A DNA stretch of 64,000 nt. It comes from Octopus bimaculoides. Its lineage: Eukaryota. This document shows, piece after piece, positions 12,226-22,089 of this stretch. Under the pieces are notes generated by a model that was given only the letters and a program-made list of their open reading frames with translations, was not told the DNA's origin and did no database searches. The DNA is taken from assembly GCF_001194135.2 (NCBI RefSeq), contig NC_068982.1, positions 59,663,448 through 59,727,447 on the forward strand, given 5' to 3'. Within the stretch, counting starts at the first letter, position 1; the number at the start of each line of letters is the position of its first letter. Position numbers and translations under genes: made by a program.

Positions 12226-13479
12226 CTGAAAGACGAAGACAAAATGACAATCAGATATAATTGCTAAGAGAGGTAGAAACAGTTTTGATATAATAAAACA
12301 GTGAGCAGGCCAGTAGCAAAATGCTGTTCTGAGACTTGGCAGAGATCAGAAGCATTCTTCGATAATTGCCAGTCATATTCAAAAGAGTTTCTTATAGTCA
12401 GTTGTTCTCAAAGACAACAGTGGGATGAAAAGAAAAAGGTACTGGGTGTGGGTAGAACAGAGCTGAGATACAAGTCAATCTGTTAGTCAATATTAAATAT
12501 AGTTAAGTGTCCTAGACAAATTCATTATGAAACGCAGATGTCTTCATGAGATCCGATAAGAATCAATAGTTTTTAGTGGCAAAGGCTGGCAAACAATGTC
12601 CTTCACTGTCTTTGAATGATTCTTCAACAGAAAAACTGGTTTTCATTTTACGTGGCATGAACTTATTCCAAAAGAGGTCTAGTCATTGCTACAAAGCAAA
12701 GCCATAATATTAAGCAAAAGGTAAATAGGCAGGCCAGCTAATGGCATTTGTCCAAGTAACTGCACTCTGGTCAGCTGTGCATGCAACTTTAGTGATAGTG
12801 CAAAGAAATCTCTGACTCTTGTCGCTAGGCAGAAATGCAACATCCAGTGTACAATGAGACAAAACTATTACCAGTTTTCTCTACACATGGAAAAGATAAC
12901 ACACTCTATTTTCTCAACTGGATGATTAACCATCAAAGAACAAAATCAAAACCCAACAGAAATAGCAATGAAGCAAGTTCTACTATTGATTTCTCTGAAT
13001 AATGCCCACATCTGACTCTTCTGTGTTGTTATATGTTATGCTAAATTCTAAAGAATACTTAGTTCTCTTTGTTAAACAATGCCATAGCTACAATTCATGA
13101 GAGTCTGCTATCACCTTAAAGATGCAGATTTATAAATAAAAAGACTGTTTTCTTTTGTCACTTTACTAATTATAAAACATACTGTGTATGGCTAAGATCA
13201 AGAGTCTGACATTAATCTGGTTTTGCAAACATTCTCTTATTTGCTTTTAATGAATCACTGAAATTCAAATCTTTGAATGTATATAGCCACTATACATCCA
13301 GCCCAGCAAAGACAAGCTGTGCCCACCCAGACTACTTAATTTAGTACACAGCTATTTTGATGTTTAGAATTGTATACATGTTCTAGAGCTAGGCAGATGA
13401 AGTGAGAAAAGATAATGTGAAGAAGGAAAAACATGGAATATAAAAGGATTCTGCAATTATTGGTTTAAAGAAATTCTAG

Positions 13480-14100
13480 TTGACACACAAGACAATAGGG
13501 ATGAGGACGTAGAGACTTATAGCATAGATAATAGCTGGGTGTTCTTGCAAGATAAGAGCTACAGATCATTACATTAACAGATCTTGCACATGAGGTCTAC
13601 AGATCCTGTGTGTGGTTGGTGTAAGTCGCAGCTAGAGAGGTGACGGATGTTGGAATGACATCAGTGATGGAGCTATAAAAGCTAAGAGACTTGGAAAGTC
13701 TAGAAAGAAGGTGGAAACAGAGAGCAGTACATAGTAGCAGGAGAGGGAGCAAGGCATTAAGTATAATTAATTTGGGGAGAAGTAGAAAAGAAGAGATTTG
13801 CACATATTCTGCAATATGAGGATTGAAAGGTAGAGAAAGTCATTGAAATTTTTCAAAAATGTCAGGAATAGTTATTGAGATATTAAAAAAATCTGGTGAA
13901 GTAGAACATATGTTAGTAACACAAATATAAGAGCAGGTAATACTGGAAGGGGTTGTATCCAATGACTGGCACAGCACTATCATAGTAAACTTGTTTGAGA
14001 GTGAAAGGGATGCTAAAGAGGAAATTATAGAAGCATCAAATTGTTGGACCAGGTTAAGAAGATCATGGAAAGAATCATAGCACACCTAATCAGGAATAAA
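13480..14100 (-). mobile_element. Possible heavily decayed LINE (endonuclease-region) remnant
   Basis: Purine-skewed non-microsatellite block. Minus-strand translations loosely resemble L2/CR1 APE regions, but no diagnostic motif is intact. Confidence 0.25.
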
Positions 14101-14204
14101 ATTCACTCAGACGAATGCAGTTTAGCTTCATGCCTGGAAGCAGTACCACAAATTACATCTTCCTACTGTAGCTACTAAATAATCTGGTGATCATTAAGGA
14201 AATC

Positions 14205-14780
14205 AAGTGGTGACAGACTTGTGAGGTTTATAAAAATTTTGTAAAAAGTGCAGTCCTTAAAATGAGAACAAAAAGTGAGCTCAGTGATGAATTAGCATGA
14301 AGGCATAGTCCACAAAGGTTCTGTCCTATTCATCATAGTCTTGCAGACCATCACAGAGGAGTTCAAAATTGGCTGTTCACATATAATTATATATGCTGAT
14401 GATCTAACTCTTGTAGCTGAATCTATCATAGAATTAGAGAAGAAATTCCAGATATGGAAACAAAGCCTAGAGTGAACTTAACTAATTAATTAATACCTTT
14501 TACGACTTATTTATGACTAAGGTGTCAGTAAGCAGAAGAAAAGATAGAACTCTAGTACCATCAGATAAATGCTCTTATTCTAAATGCAAAAAATGAGTAA
14601 GTTGGAATTACATATGAATCCAGCACAAGCTTTAGATGTCCAAGAGATGTAGTGAGATCACAAGTAAGCTATGGTTGTCTGAACACAATGTATGTTGATC
14701 AATTCACCAGGGACATTGGATGCCTCCCTGAAGACCTCTCTCAACTAATGCATTACTAAGATAGATGGTACGTGCAAGTT
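14205..14780 (+). pseudogene. RTE-clade LINE reverse-transcriptase fragment
   Basis: VHKGSVL..FIIVLQTITEEFKIGC, then IIIYADDLTLVAESIIELEKKFQIWKQSLE. YADD lies at 14392-14403. Typical RTE/BovB-like domains 4-5. Confidence 0.85.
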
Positions 14781-14811
14781 AAAAATGTCTGAGGAAGCTT
14801 GATTTGATGGT

Positions 14812-15035
14812 GATGATGACTTATTCTATCAGTTCCTTTTGCTGAACTACTGAGTTACAGGGATGTAAACAAACCAACACTAGTTGTCAAGTGGTGGTTT
14901 GGAGACAAACACAAAGACAAATACACACACACACAGAATGACAGGCTTCCATTCAGTTTCCAACTACCAAATTTTTTCACAAGGTATTGTTGTAAGGTGC
15001 TACACAGTGGGACTGAACCTAAAACCATGTGAGCA
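14812..15035 (-). mobile_element. SINE family A (decayed, deleted)
   Basis: ttttgctgaactactgagttacagg...caaacacaaagac...caggcttccattcagtttcc...gggactgaacctaaaaccatgtg. Confidence 0.7.
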
Positions 15036-15254
15036 TCATGATCCCCTTGACACCATCAAGGAAATCCCATTAGTAATACTATATCATTGCCTCCTACCAT
15101 CATGACTACTGTGAATAGCAACACCATGGGTAGTGAATCGACTGAGTTGTAAGAACAACTGATGATATGCATTGGGGGTTACACTCTGAGTTAAAACCCC
15201 ACCAAGGACAGCTTTGGCTTTCATTCTTTCCAGATCAATAAAATGAAATTTTTG

Positions 15255-15481
15255 AGCGTGGCCGTTGCCAGTACCCGCCTGACTGGCCCTCGTGCTGGTG
15301 GCACATAAAAGCACCCACTACACTCTCGGAGTGGTTGGCGTTAGGAAAGGCATCCAGCTGTAAAAACTCTGACAAATCAGATTGGAGCCTGGTGTCACCT
15401 CCTGGTCCACCAGTCCTCAGTCAAATCGTCCAACCCATGCTAGCATGAAAAGCCGACGTTAAACGACGATGATGATGATTA
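15255..15481 (+). mobile_element. Short RTE-related repeat family E with (GAT)n tail
   Basis: ggagtggttggcgttaggaaaggcatccagctgta...ccaacccatgctagcatgaaaagccgacgttaaacgacgatgatgatga. Other copies at 21381, 35361, 54671 and 63820. Confidence 0.85.
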
Positions 15482-15579
15482 GTCTTGAGAAGTGAAAGGG
15501 CAAAACAATTAGACATAAAACCAGAACTGTGCAATAATATTCCAGACTGTTGCACTTCAAATCCTTCCATGGAGTTCAC

Positions 15580-15657
15580 TCTTTTGAAAGCAGCCAAAAG
15601 CCAGGTCAACAATTTTGAGAATACCATTTTCTATCCTTCCCAATAATCCCTCAGGCC
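15580..15657 (-). CDS. Candidate 78-nt exon
   Basis: Acceptor aactttttgcag|, weak donor AGA|gtgaac. Reads PEGLLGRIENGILKIVDLAFGCFQK (phase 1-1). Confidence 0.25.
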
Positions 15658-16149
15658 CTGCAAAAAGTTATGAGTACTGTCCTTCCTTTCTTCCTGATTA
15701 GGCTATTAAAAAATACAATAAAAACAAAGAATGACATAATTTCCGTTGTAATTAATGTCTTACACATTTGGAAATTATGTGAAATGAAAAGTAAAAAAAC
15801 ACATCGAGACAATAACTTCTGAATCTTGTCCTAGTATTCATTCTACAACCAGTTTAAATTTTTGCTACTAAGAAATGATTTCACTATGAATGTCCTACTG
15901 TTTAACAAATGAAAAAGCAGATAACAGGATAATAGAGATTAGCCAAACTCACAAACATTACCAAAAATCGTCAATAATGTAGTTTATATGATCCATTATT
16001 TAGAAGACTGCAGCTGTATATATTTTTGTATTGGAATCTTATATTCTTAAACCAAGGAACACTTATTCTATCCTATATGTACAAATGAAGGAGTGCCTGT
16101 GTGTGTATGTATATATATATATAATACAAAGAATATATATACATGTATA

Positions 16150-16306
16150 CACACATATATGTACATACTTACATCTACATGTGTATATACATGCATATCA
16201 GGGTACAGGACGTTAGAACAATAAACTACAGACAACGGAACGAACATATAGGAAAACGGAAAGCCACTTGGAATATCCCTTCATCAGCTGTCTCTATTCT
16301 ATCTAG
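16150..16306. repeat. Interspersed repeat shared with 31915-32200 (possible Penelope-like terminal fragment)
   Basis: Both copies share catactacatcta..tatacatgcat..gggtacaggac and gaatat(t)tcccttc(a/t)tcag. The Penelope assignment is inference. Confidence 0.5.
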
Positions 16307-16323
16307 NNNNNNNNNNAATAGAT

Positions 16324-16362
<39 letters not shown>

Positions 16363-16438
16363 AAGATAGTCACGTCAGAATAATAGTAGACTTACTTGCA
16401 AAAAAGGACGTGTGCGTTCAATAATGTAATAATACAAA

Positions 16439-16482
<44 letters not shown>

Positions 16483-17292
16483 CCCCACACACACACATAT
16501 ATATATAGTGAGCCAGTCTTTTGGAATTCTTTTATATATGACAATTATCAAAGAATATATAAAATCGTGAAAAAGTTAAAAGAAAATTATGAAATACAGA
16601 AAATACATTCAAAACAAATCAAGAAGTGAACAAGAAATGGAAGTACATGGCAGGCCATTGTAGAAACTTCCAATGAAAAGAGTAAACATTCGTACATTTA
16701 TCTATAGGTTAAGTGGTTGAATTCTTGAAGAAAAATCCCATATGAATTTCATAAATTTATGTCAAAGAGTAAAGCAATCATTACTTTCATTTGAGAATTT
16801 TGCATATTACTGAGCACTTATACATAGATATAAGTGTGTGAGTATGTACACGAACATACGTGTATGTAATTGTATATTCATGAGAGCATGTATCCATGTG
16901 AATATAAGTATGTATGCATGTATTAATATTCCTAAACATTGCTATACATGTGTATGTGTCTGTGAGATTACATTTGAATAAGGACATGTTTATGTGACCA
17001 ACTTCAATAATCTGTAAATGTATGTATATAATTGTGAAAATAATATATTTGTTGCTCTTAAAATACAAACTACTGCTTTTGTCAAAGCAGCTAAATTACA
17101 TATGCCTTTATGTTTAGTTTTGAGTGTTTGCTAGTAAATATAAAAATAGCATACATTAGAATGTCCCTCTACATCACTTATCTAATGGAGAAACTTTCTT
17201 AGGTCAACAGCAGTAATCTTAAACAATTATGATCACCCTTTCAGAAAACTTAACTGCTTTGGTAGTATTTATCTGTGTATCTTTATCACAGT

Positions 17293-17763
17293 GGAAGTGC
17301 AATGGCCCAGTGGTTAGGGCAGCGGACTCGCGGTTTCGATTCCCAGACCTGGCGTTGTGAGTGTTTATTAAGCAAAAACACCTAAAGCTCCACGAGGCTC
17401 TGGCAGGGGATGGTGGTGAACCCTGCTGTACTCTCCCACCACAACTTTCTCTCACTCTTTCTTCCTGTTTCTGTTGTACTTGTATTTCAAAGGGCCAGCC
17501 TTGTCACACTGTGTCANNNNNNNNNNNNNNNNNNNNNNNNNNNNNNNNNNNNNNNNNNNNNNNNNNNNNNNNNNNNNNNNNNNNNNNNNNNNNNNNNNNN
17601 NNNNNNNNNNNNNNNNNNNNNNNNNNNNNNNNNNNNNNNNNNNNNNNNNNNNNNNNNNNNNNNNNNNNNNNNNNNNNNNNNNNNNNNNNTGAGCAGGCTG
17701 TTCCATTGATCAGATCAACTGGAACCCTCGACACCGTAAGCGACGGAGTGCCAACAACAACAA
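17293..17763 (+). mobile_element. tRNA-headed SINE family C (spans N-gap)
   Basis: tRNA-like head (caatggcccagtggttagggcagcggactcgcgg...ggtttcgattcccag) and (AAC)n tail. Near-identical to the inverted copies at 31601 and 35963. Confidence 0.9.
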
Positions 17764-17965
17764 TCTTTATCACAAAAAGTATAGCTTTTTGTTTGAACAT
17801 TTACAAAATTAGAAATAATCACAGCTGAGTAGGAAAAAATATTTGGGGTGAGTTAACATTATATTCTGACCAGAGGAGAAAAGCTCTGAATGTTTCTGAT
17901 TTATTTGCCTTCATTAGTGGAAGTATAGCATTCTCTTTTCTTTGATGATGTTACACTGACTAGCT

Positions 17966-18165
17966 AAGGTGGTGAGCTGGCAGAACCATTAGCACACCAG
18001 GTAAAATGCTTAATGGAATTTCATCCGCTTTTAAGTTTCGAGTTCAAACTCTGCCTTTTATCCTTTCAGGATTGATAAAATAAGTACCAGTTGCATAATG
18101 GGATTGATGTAATCAAATTGCCCCTTCCCTGGAACTGCTGGCCTTATGCCAAAATTTGAAATTGA
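17966..18165 (+). mobile_element. SINE family B
   Basis: A box gagctggcagaacc, B box gagttcaaactc, tail gccttatgccaaaatttgaa. Confidence 0.82.
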
Positions 18166-18294
18166 TATTACAGTGACTAGTTCTTTATATAGAAATATTT
18201 GTAAAAAAAATATTCAGTGATGCCAGGACATGAAATAAGTTTACAATTCAATTATAAAGAGGGCTCTGACCACATATTCGATTAATAATTCCTT

Positions 18295-18500
18295 CTTATT
18301 TTGGCACAAGGCCAGCAGTTTTGAGAGTTAAGGATAGGTCCATTATATCAAACACAGTGCTTGACTGGTTCTCATCTTATCGGCCTCAAAAGGATGAAAG
18401 GCAAAGTCGACCTCAGTAGAATATGAACTCAGAATGTAAAGACAGATGAGATGCTAACGTTTTGTCTAGCAACATAATAATTCTGCCGGCTTGCCAGCCT
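18295..18500 (-). mobile_element. SINE family B (inverted partner of 17966 copy)
   Basis: ttttggcacaaggccagcag...aaggatgaaaggcaaagtcgacctc...ttctgccggcttgcc. Confidence 0.82.
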
Positions 18501-19448
18501 ATATGAATAATATTATTAAAGAGAGGTTGTTTATTTCTGTTGCTTTAACATTAAAAAAATATCAACTGTAAGGTTATATACTGTATAAACAACTGTATAA
18601 ACAAAAGCAAAACTTAGGCATCCACTGATAATGACTGAAGAGTAATCAGGTAGAAAAAATTTGAAGTTGGCAATCATGCTTGTTCTACCAAAGACTAATT
18701 CTATTTAACTTCTGTGTTTTCTTTAAAGAGGTTATTTCTAATGTTGAAAACATTGTAAATAAACCCACATTTTTATCGATTTAGAATCACAGTATCTGTG
18801 TCCCTGTGACCTTCACAAGTCACCAGTACATGCAAAATCATTTTCATATCCTCTAACCACAGGAGACTGCTCTTCCAAACTGATGTAAAAGTCACTACTA
18901 GTCGTGGGTCTATGTCATGTCCAATGTCTTTTTATTATGACTCATATTTCTTTGATCTATGCATTAGGGCAGACATATAGTCAATTGGAGGTTTGACAAT
19001 TTCAGCCAGTATTTTGATGGTGTTTTCAGTTTTTTAAGGCACAGCAGAAAGAGAACCATAACTTTTCACTTTTGTAGTTGATATCATTTTTCCCAATATG
19101 CCCTGAAAAGCTTGTTGTCATTTGATGCAGGGAAAAATCTAATTCTCTTTTGGCTTTTTGTGATCAGAGAAACATCATTTTTCACTTCACCTTCTCTTTC
19201 ATAATCTCCTGTAGCAAAGAAATTCACTCATCTACATTTTTTCCAGTAACTGTGATAAGTTCAAAACGTTCATATAGTCATTATGGATTGAATGAAGGTT
19301 TGTCTTCACACTACATCTATATGAATGGACCACAGTATTTGAATGGTGTAAGAGTTGTTAATATTATTGTTATTACTGCTACTCTCTTTCATATCATCTC
19401 TTTTGAGTAATTGAGTCATTTTCTCCTATTAATAATTATACTGTTCAA

Positions 19449-19808
19449 TAAGGCAGTGAAATTGTAGAATCGTTAGCATGCCACGCAAATTGCTTAGTGG
19501 TATTTCGTCACTCTTTATGTTCTGAGTGCAAATTCCATCGAGGTCAAATTTGCCTTTCGTTCTTTCGGGAGCGACAAAATATGTATTAGTTGAGTACTGG
19601 GGCAGATGTAATCGACTTATTTTCCCCTTCGAAATTGTTGGCATTTTACCAAAATTTGAGACCTATATTTCTTGCAGGGATAGGTCGATTAGATCGACCC
19701 CGGTGCTCATCCTTTCAGGGTCGACAAAATAAGTACCAGTTGAACACTGGGGTCGATCTAATCGACCTGTCCCTTCCCCAAAATTGCTGGTCTTGTGCAA
19801 TATCTTGA
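19449..19808 (+). mobile_element. Two SINE-B copies in tandem; the second is 5'-truncated with a 31-bp inverted 5' segment
   Basis: Full copy at 19449-19663. In the second copy, 19679-19709 is the reverse complement of its own 19741-19771 (28/31). Confidence 0.82.
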
Positions 19809-20329
19809 AAGCAATAATTATACTGTTAAGTTTCTTCTTCCTTCTTTACATGTAGATGAATATTTAAATTTCGTCTCCCGATATGATCCTCATTTTGGAT
19901 GTAAAAATGAAATGTGCGCAAAGAAAATTTTAAAAGGTCTGTAAAATAAACGTTTTTTTTTTGTTGTCTACCCCTGGGTATCAAGGAGAGCTTTTCCTTT
20001 GTCAGTTATACAAGTATTATAAACAAAATTCATTTCGTAATACTTGAATAAAAGTGCTTTAAGTGAGACTCAAACAGATATTTCCACACCACGAGAGTTA
20101 AGTTTATTAATATCAATAATTCTTTCCAATTTTGGCACACACAGCCAGCAGTTTTGATGGGTAGAGACTAGTTGATAACGTTAACTCTAGACCCTGAAAG
20201 GAAGGAATGCAAAATCAACCTTTAAAGCATTTGAACCCAGAACATAAAACCGGAAAAATACCACAAAGCATTTTGTCTGGCACGATAATGATTTTGCCTG
20301 CTCGTCTCTTAACAATGATAATCCTTTTT

Positions 20330-20490
20330 ATTATAGGTACTAGGTCCGAAATTTTGCCGGAGGGGGCCAGTTGATTACATTAACTCCAGTGATCAAATGG
20401 TTCTTATTTTATCGACCCCGAAAGGATGAAAGACAAAGTCGACTTCGGTGGAATTTGAACTCAGAACATAAAGACAGACGAAATGCCACG
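20330..20490 (-). mobile_element. SINE family B, 3' portion
   Basis: ttttatcgaccccgaaaggatgaaagacaaagtcgacttcggtggaatttgaactcagaac. Confidence 0.82.
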
Positions 20491-20567
20491 AAACACACTA
20501 ACTTTGTTGAATCGGATGCTGCAACTCTGAGCCAGATGTTTCTGCTAACTTTAATGCACGTTCTTAC

Positions 20568-20643
20568 CACACCACTCAGCCTCTTGACGTAATGGTTAGC
20601 TTTCTTTGCGGCTTCTGACAATTTCCTAGCAATATCTTTTTCT
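20568..20643 (-). CDS. Candidate exon 2 of an unidentified minus-strand gene
   Basis: Reads EKDIARKLSEAAKKANHYVKRLSGV. Strong donor GTG|gtaaga. The acceptor (gtcttgaag|) is weak but gives a phase-2 join to the 20759-20868 exon. Confidence 0.4.
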
Positions 20644-20758
20644 CTTCAAGACTCCTGAGCATTGAGTAAATCCTGGTTCCAACAAATTCACCACACATAT
20701 TTCTATAGGAAGGTATATCGCCTCTTACCAATTGTTTCACAGAGCTGAACCAACTTAC

Positions 20759-20868
20759 TGTGCTTTCTTTTTTTCCTGAAGAAAGCGTTCTCGATGTTCC
20801 CTTCGCCGGGAACTGTCAGCTTTGTCACCTTTACCACCTTTTCCTTGCACCATACGACATGATCGGGT
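20759..20868 (-). CDS. Candidate first or early coding exon of an unidentified minus-strand gene (ATG at 20853)
   Basis: Polypyrimidine acceptor ccacttccctgtattttcctcccaaaag|, consensus donor CA|gtaagt. GC/CpG-rich, coding-like sequence: MVQGKGGKGDKADSSRRREHRERFLQEKKKA. Confidence 0.45.
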
Positions 20869-21147
20869 CTTTTGGGAGGAAAATACAGGGAAGTGGTATT
20901 TACAATGAAGGTCAACAGAGAATAATTAAGTCCTACACGCACACACGTGTAGGGGAGTGGCGATATATGTAGTTAAGATTTAAATACATTCATACCCACT
21001 GTTCGGGAAAGTGGACAAGATTGCCGATGGGACATGAACCAGTAACCTATCGAATATCATTTGACTGCGATAACCAAAACACTGAAGTGATCCGACACCC
21101 CTCTCCAACACAGTTAGCACAAGTAAACATTCAGTTGCATACGTTAC

Positions 21148-22089
21148 GGATCTTTTTGATTTGATGGGCAACATTTTTCATTAATGTTTTATGTAGTGTT
21201 TTTGGTACCGAAACACTTTCAAACTTCGTATACTTGTATATTTTGTATTATAGAACAGATAAAAAATTTTTGTATTCGAAGTTATTTCATGTAAAAAGTT
21301 GTCGTATTTCGGTAATTTCAACCAATCACTGACGTCTATTGAGGTGAAAACAATTACTGCCGTAAGAATGTAAACAACATGAAGGGCATCCAGCTGTAGA
21401 AACTCTGCCAAATCAGACTGGAGTCTGGTGTTGCCATCCGGTTTCACCAGTCCTCAGTCAAATCGTCCAACCCATGCTAGCATGGAAAGCGGACGTTAAA
21501 CGATGATGATGATGATGATGATGATGTTACGGGATCTTTTCCCTTGAATAAAATTGGTGCCGTTGTTTGTCAACAACTATCCGTGTTACTGTTATTTATG
21601 ACATCGTTCGTGCGTTTGTACTGGTTTTAGGGTTCGGGTTTTAGAGTTAGGGTTAGTTTTAGGATTACGGTTAGGGTTATGATTATTTTTGCTATAACCT
21701 CACTCATAACCCTAACCCTAACACTAACCCCAACTCTAACGCTAAAACCCTAACCCGAACCCTAACCCAAACGCACGAACGATGTTATAAATAACTACCA
21801 CTGAAAACAACGGCACTAATTTTATTCAAGGGAAAAGATCCCTTAACACCGTTAGAATATGTTGTTTACATTTTTACGGCAGTAACTGCATTCAGCTGAA
21901 TAGACGTCAGTGATTGGTTGAAATTACACAAATACGACAACTTTAACATGAAATAACTTATTAAGAACTAATTTTTGTTAAGAAGGCTAAGAGAAAAAGA
22001 TGTTTTATATGACACATTCTACCAGTATCCCAAGTTTGAAAGTGTTTCGTTAAGAAAACAAGTGTTGCCCGTCAAACCAAAAAGATCCC
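21148..22089. mobile_element. Fold-back (palindromic) MITE-like element with internal telomere-like repeats
   Basis: 21148-21380 mirrors about 21860-22089, and 21531-21681 mirrors 21705-21842. Both shells end in (G)GGATCTTTT/AAAAGATCCC. TTAGGG-like tract at 21623-21681 faces a CCCTAA-like tract at 21705-21770. Confidence 0.88.
21381..21525 (+). mobile_element. 5'-truncated family E retro-repeat inserted in the fold-back's left arm
   Basis: gaagggcatccagctgtagaaac...ggacgttaaac(gat)n. Comparison with the right arm shows about 11 bp (attctaacggt) replaced, with no TSD. Confidence 0.9.

Noticed and set aside
15580-15657. Kinase-like reading of ENGILKIVDLAFG
   Set aside because: No DFG, and no HRD/VAIK exons were found; resemblance is probably coincidental.
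21623-21770. True ancestral telomere-telomere chromosome fusion site
   Set aside because: The tracts are short, degenerate and embedded symmetrically in ~400-bp palindromic arms with MITE-like termini; a TE origin is more parsimonious.
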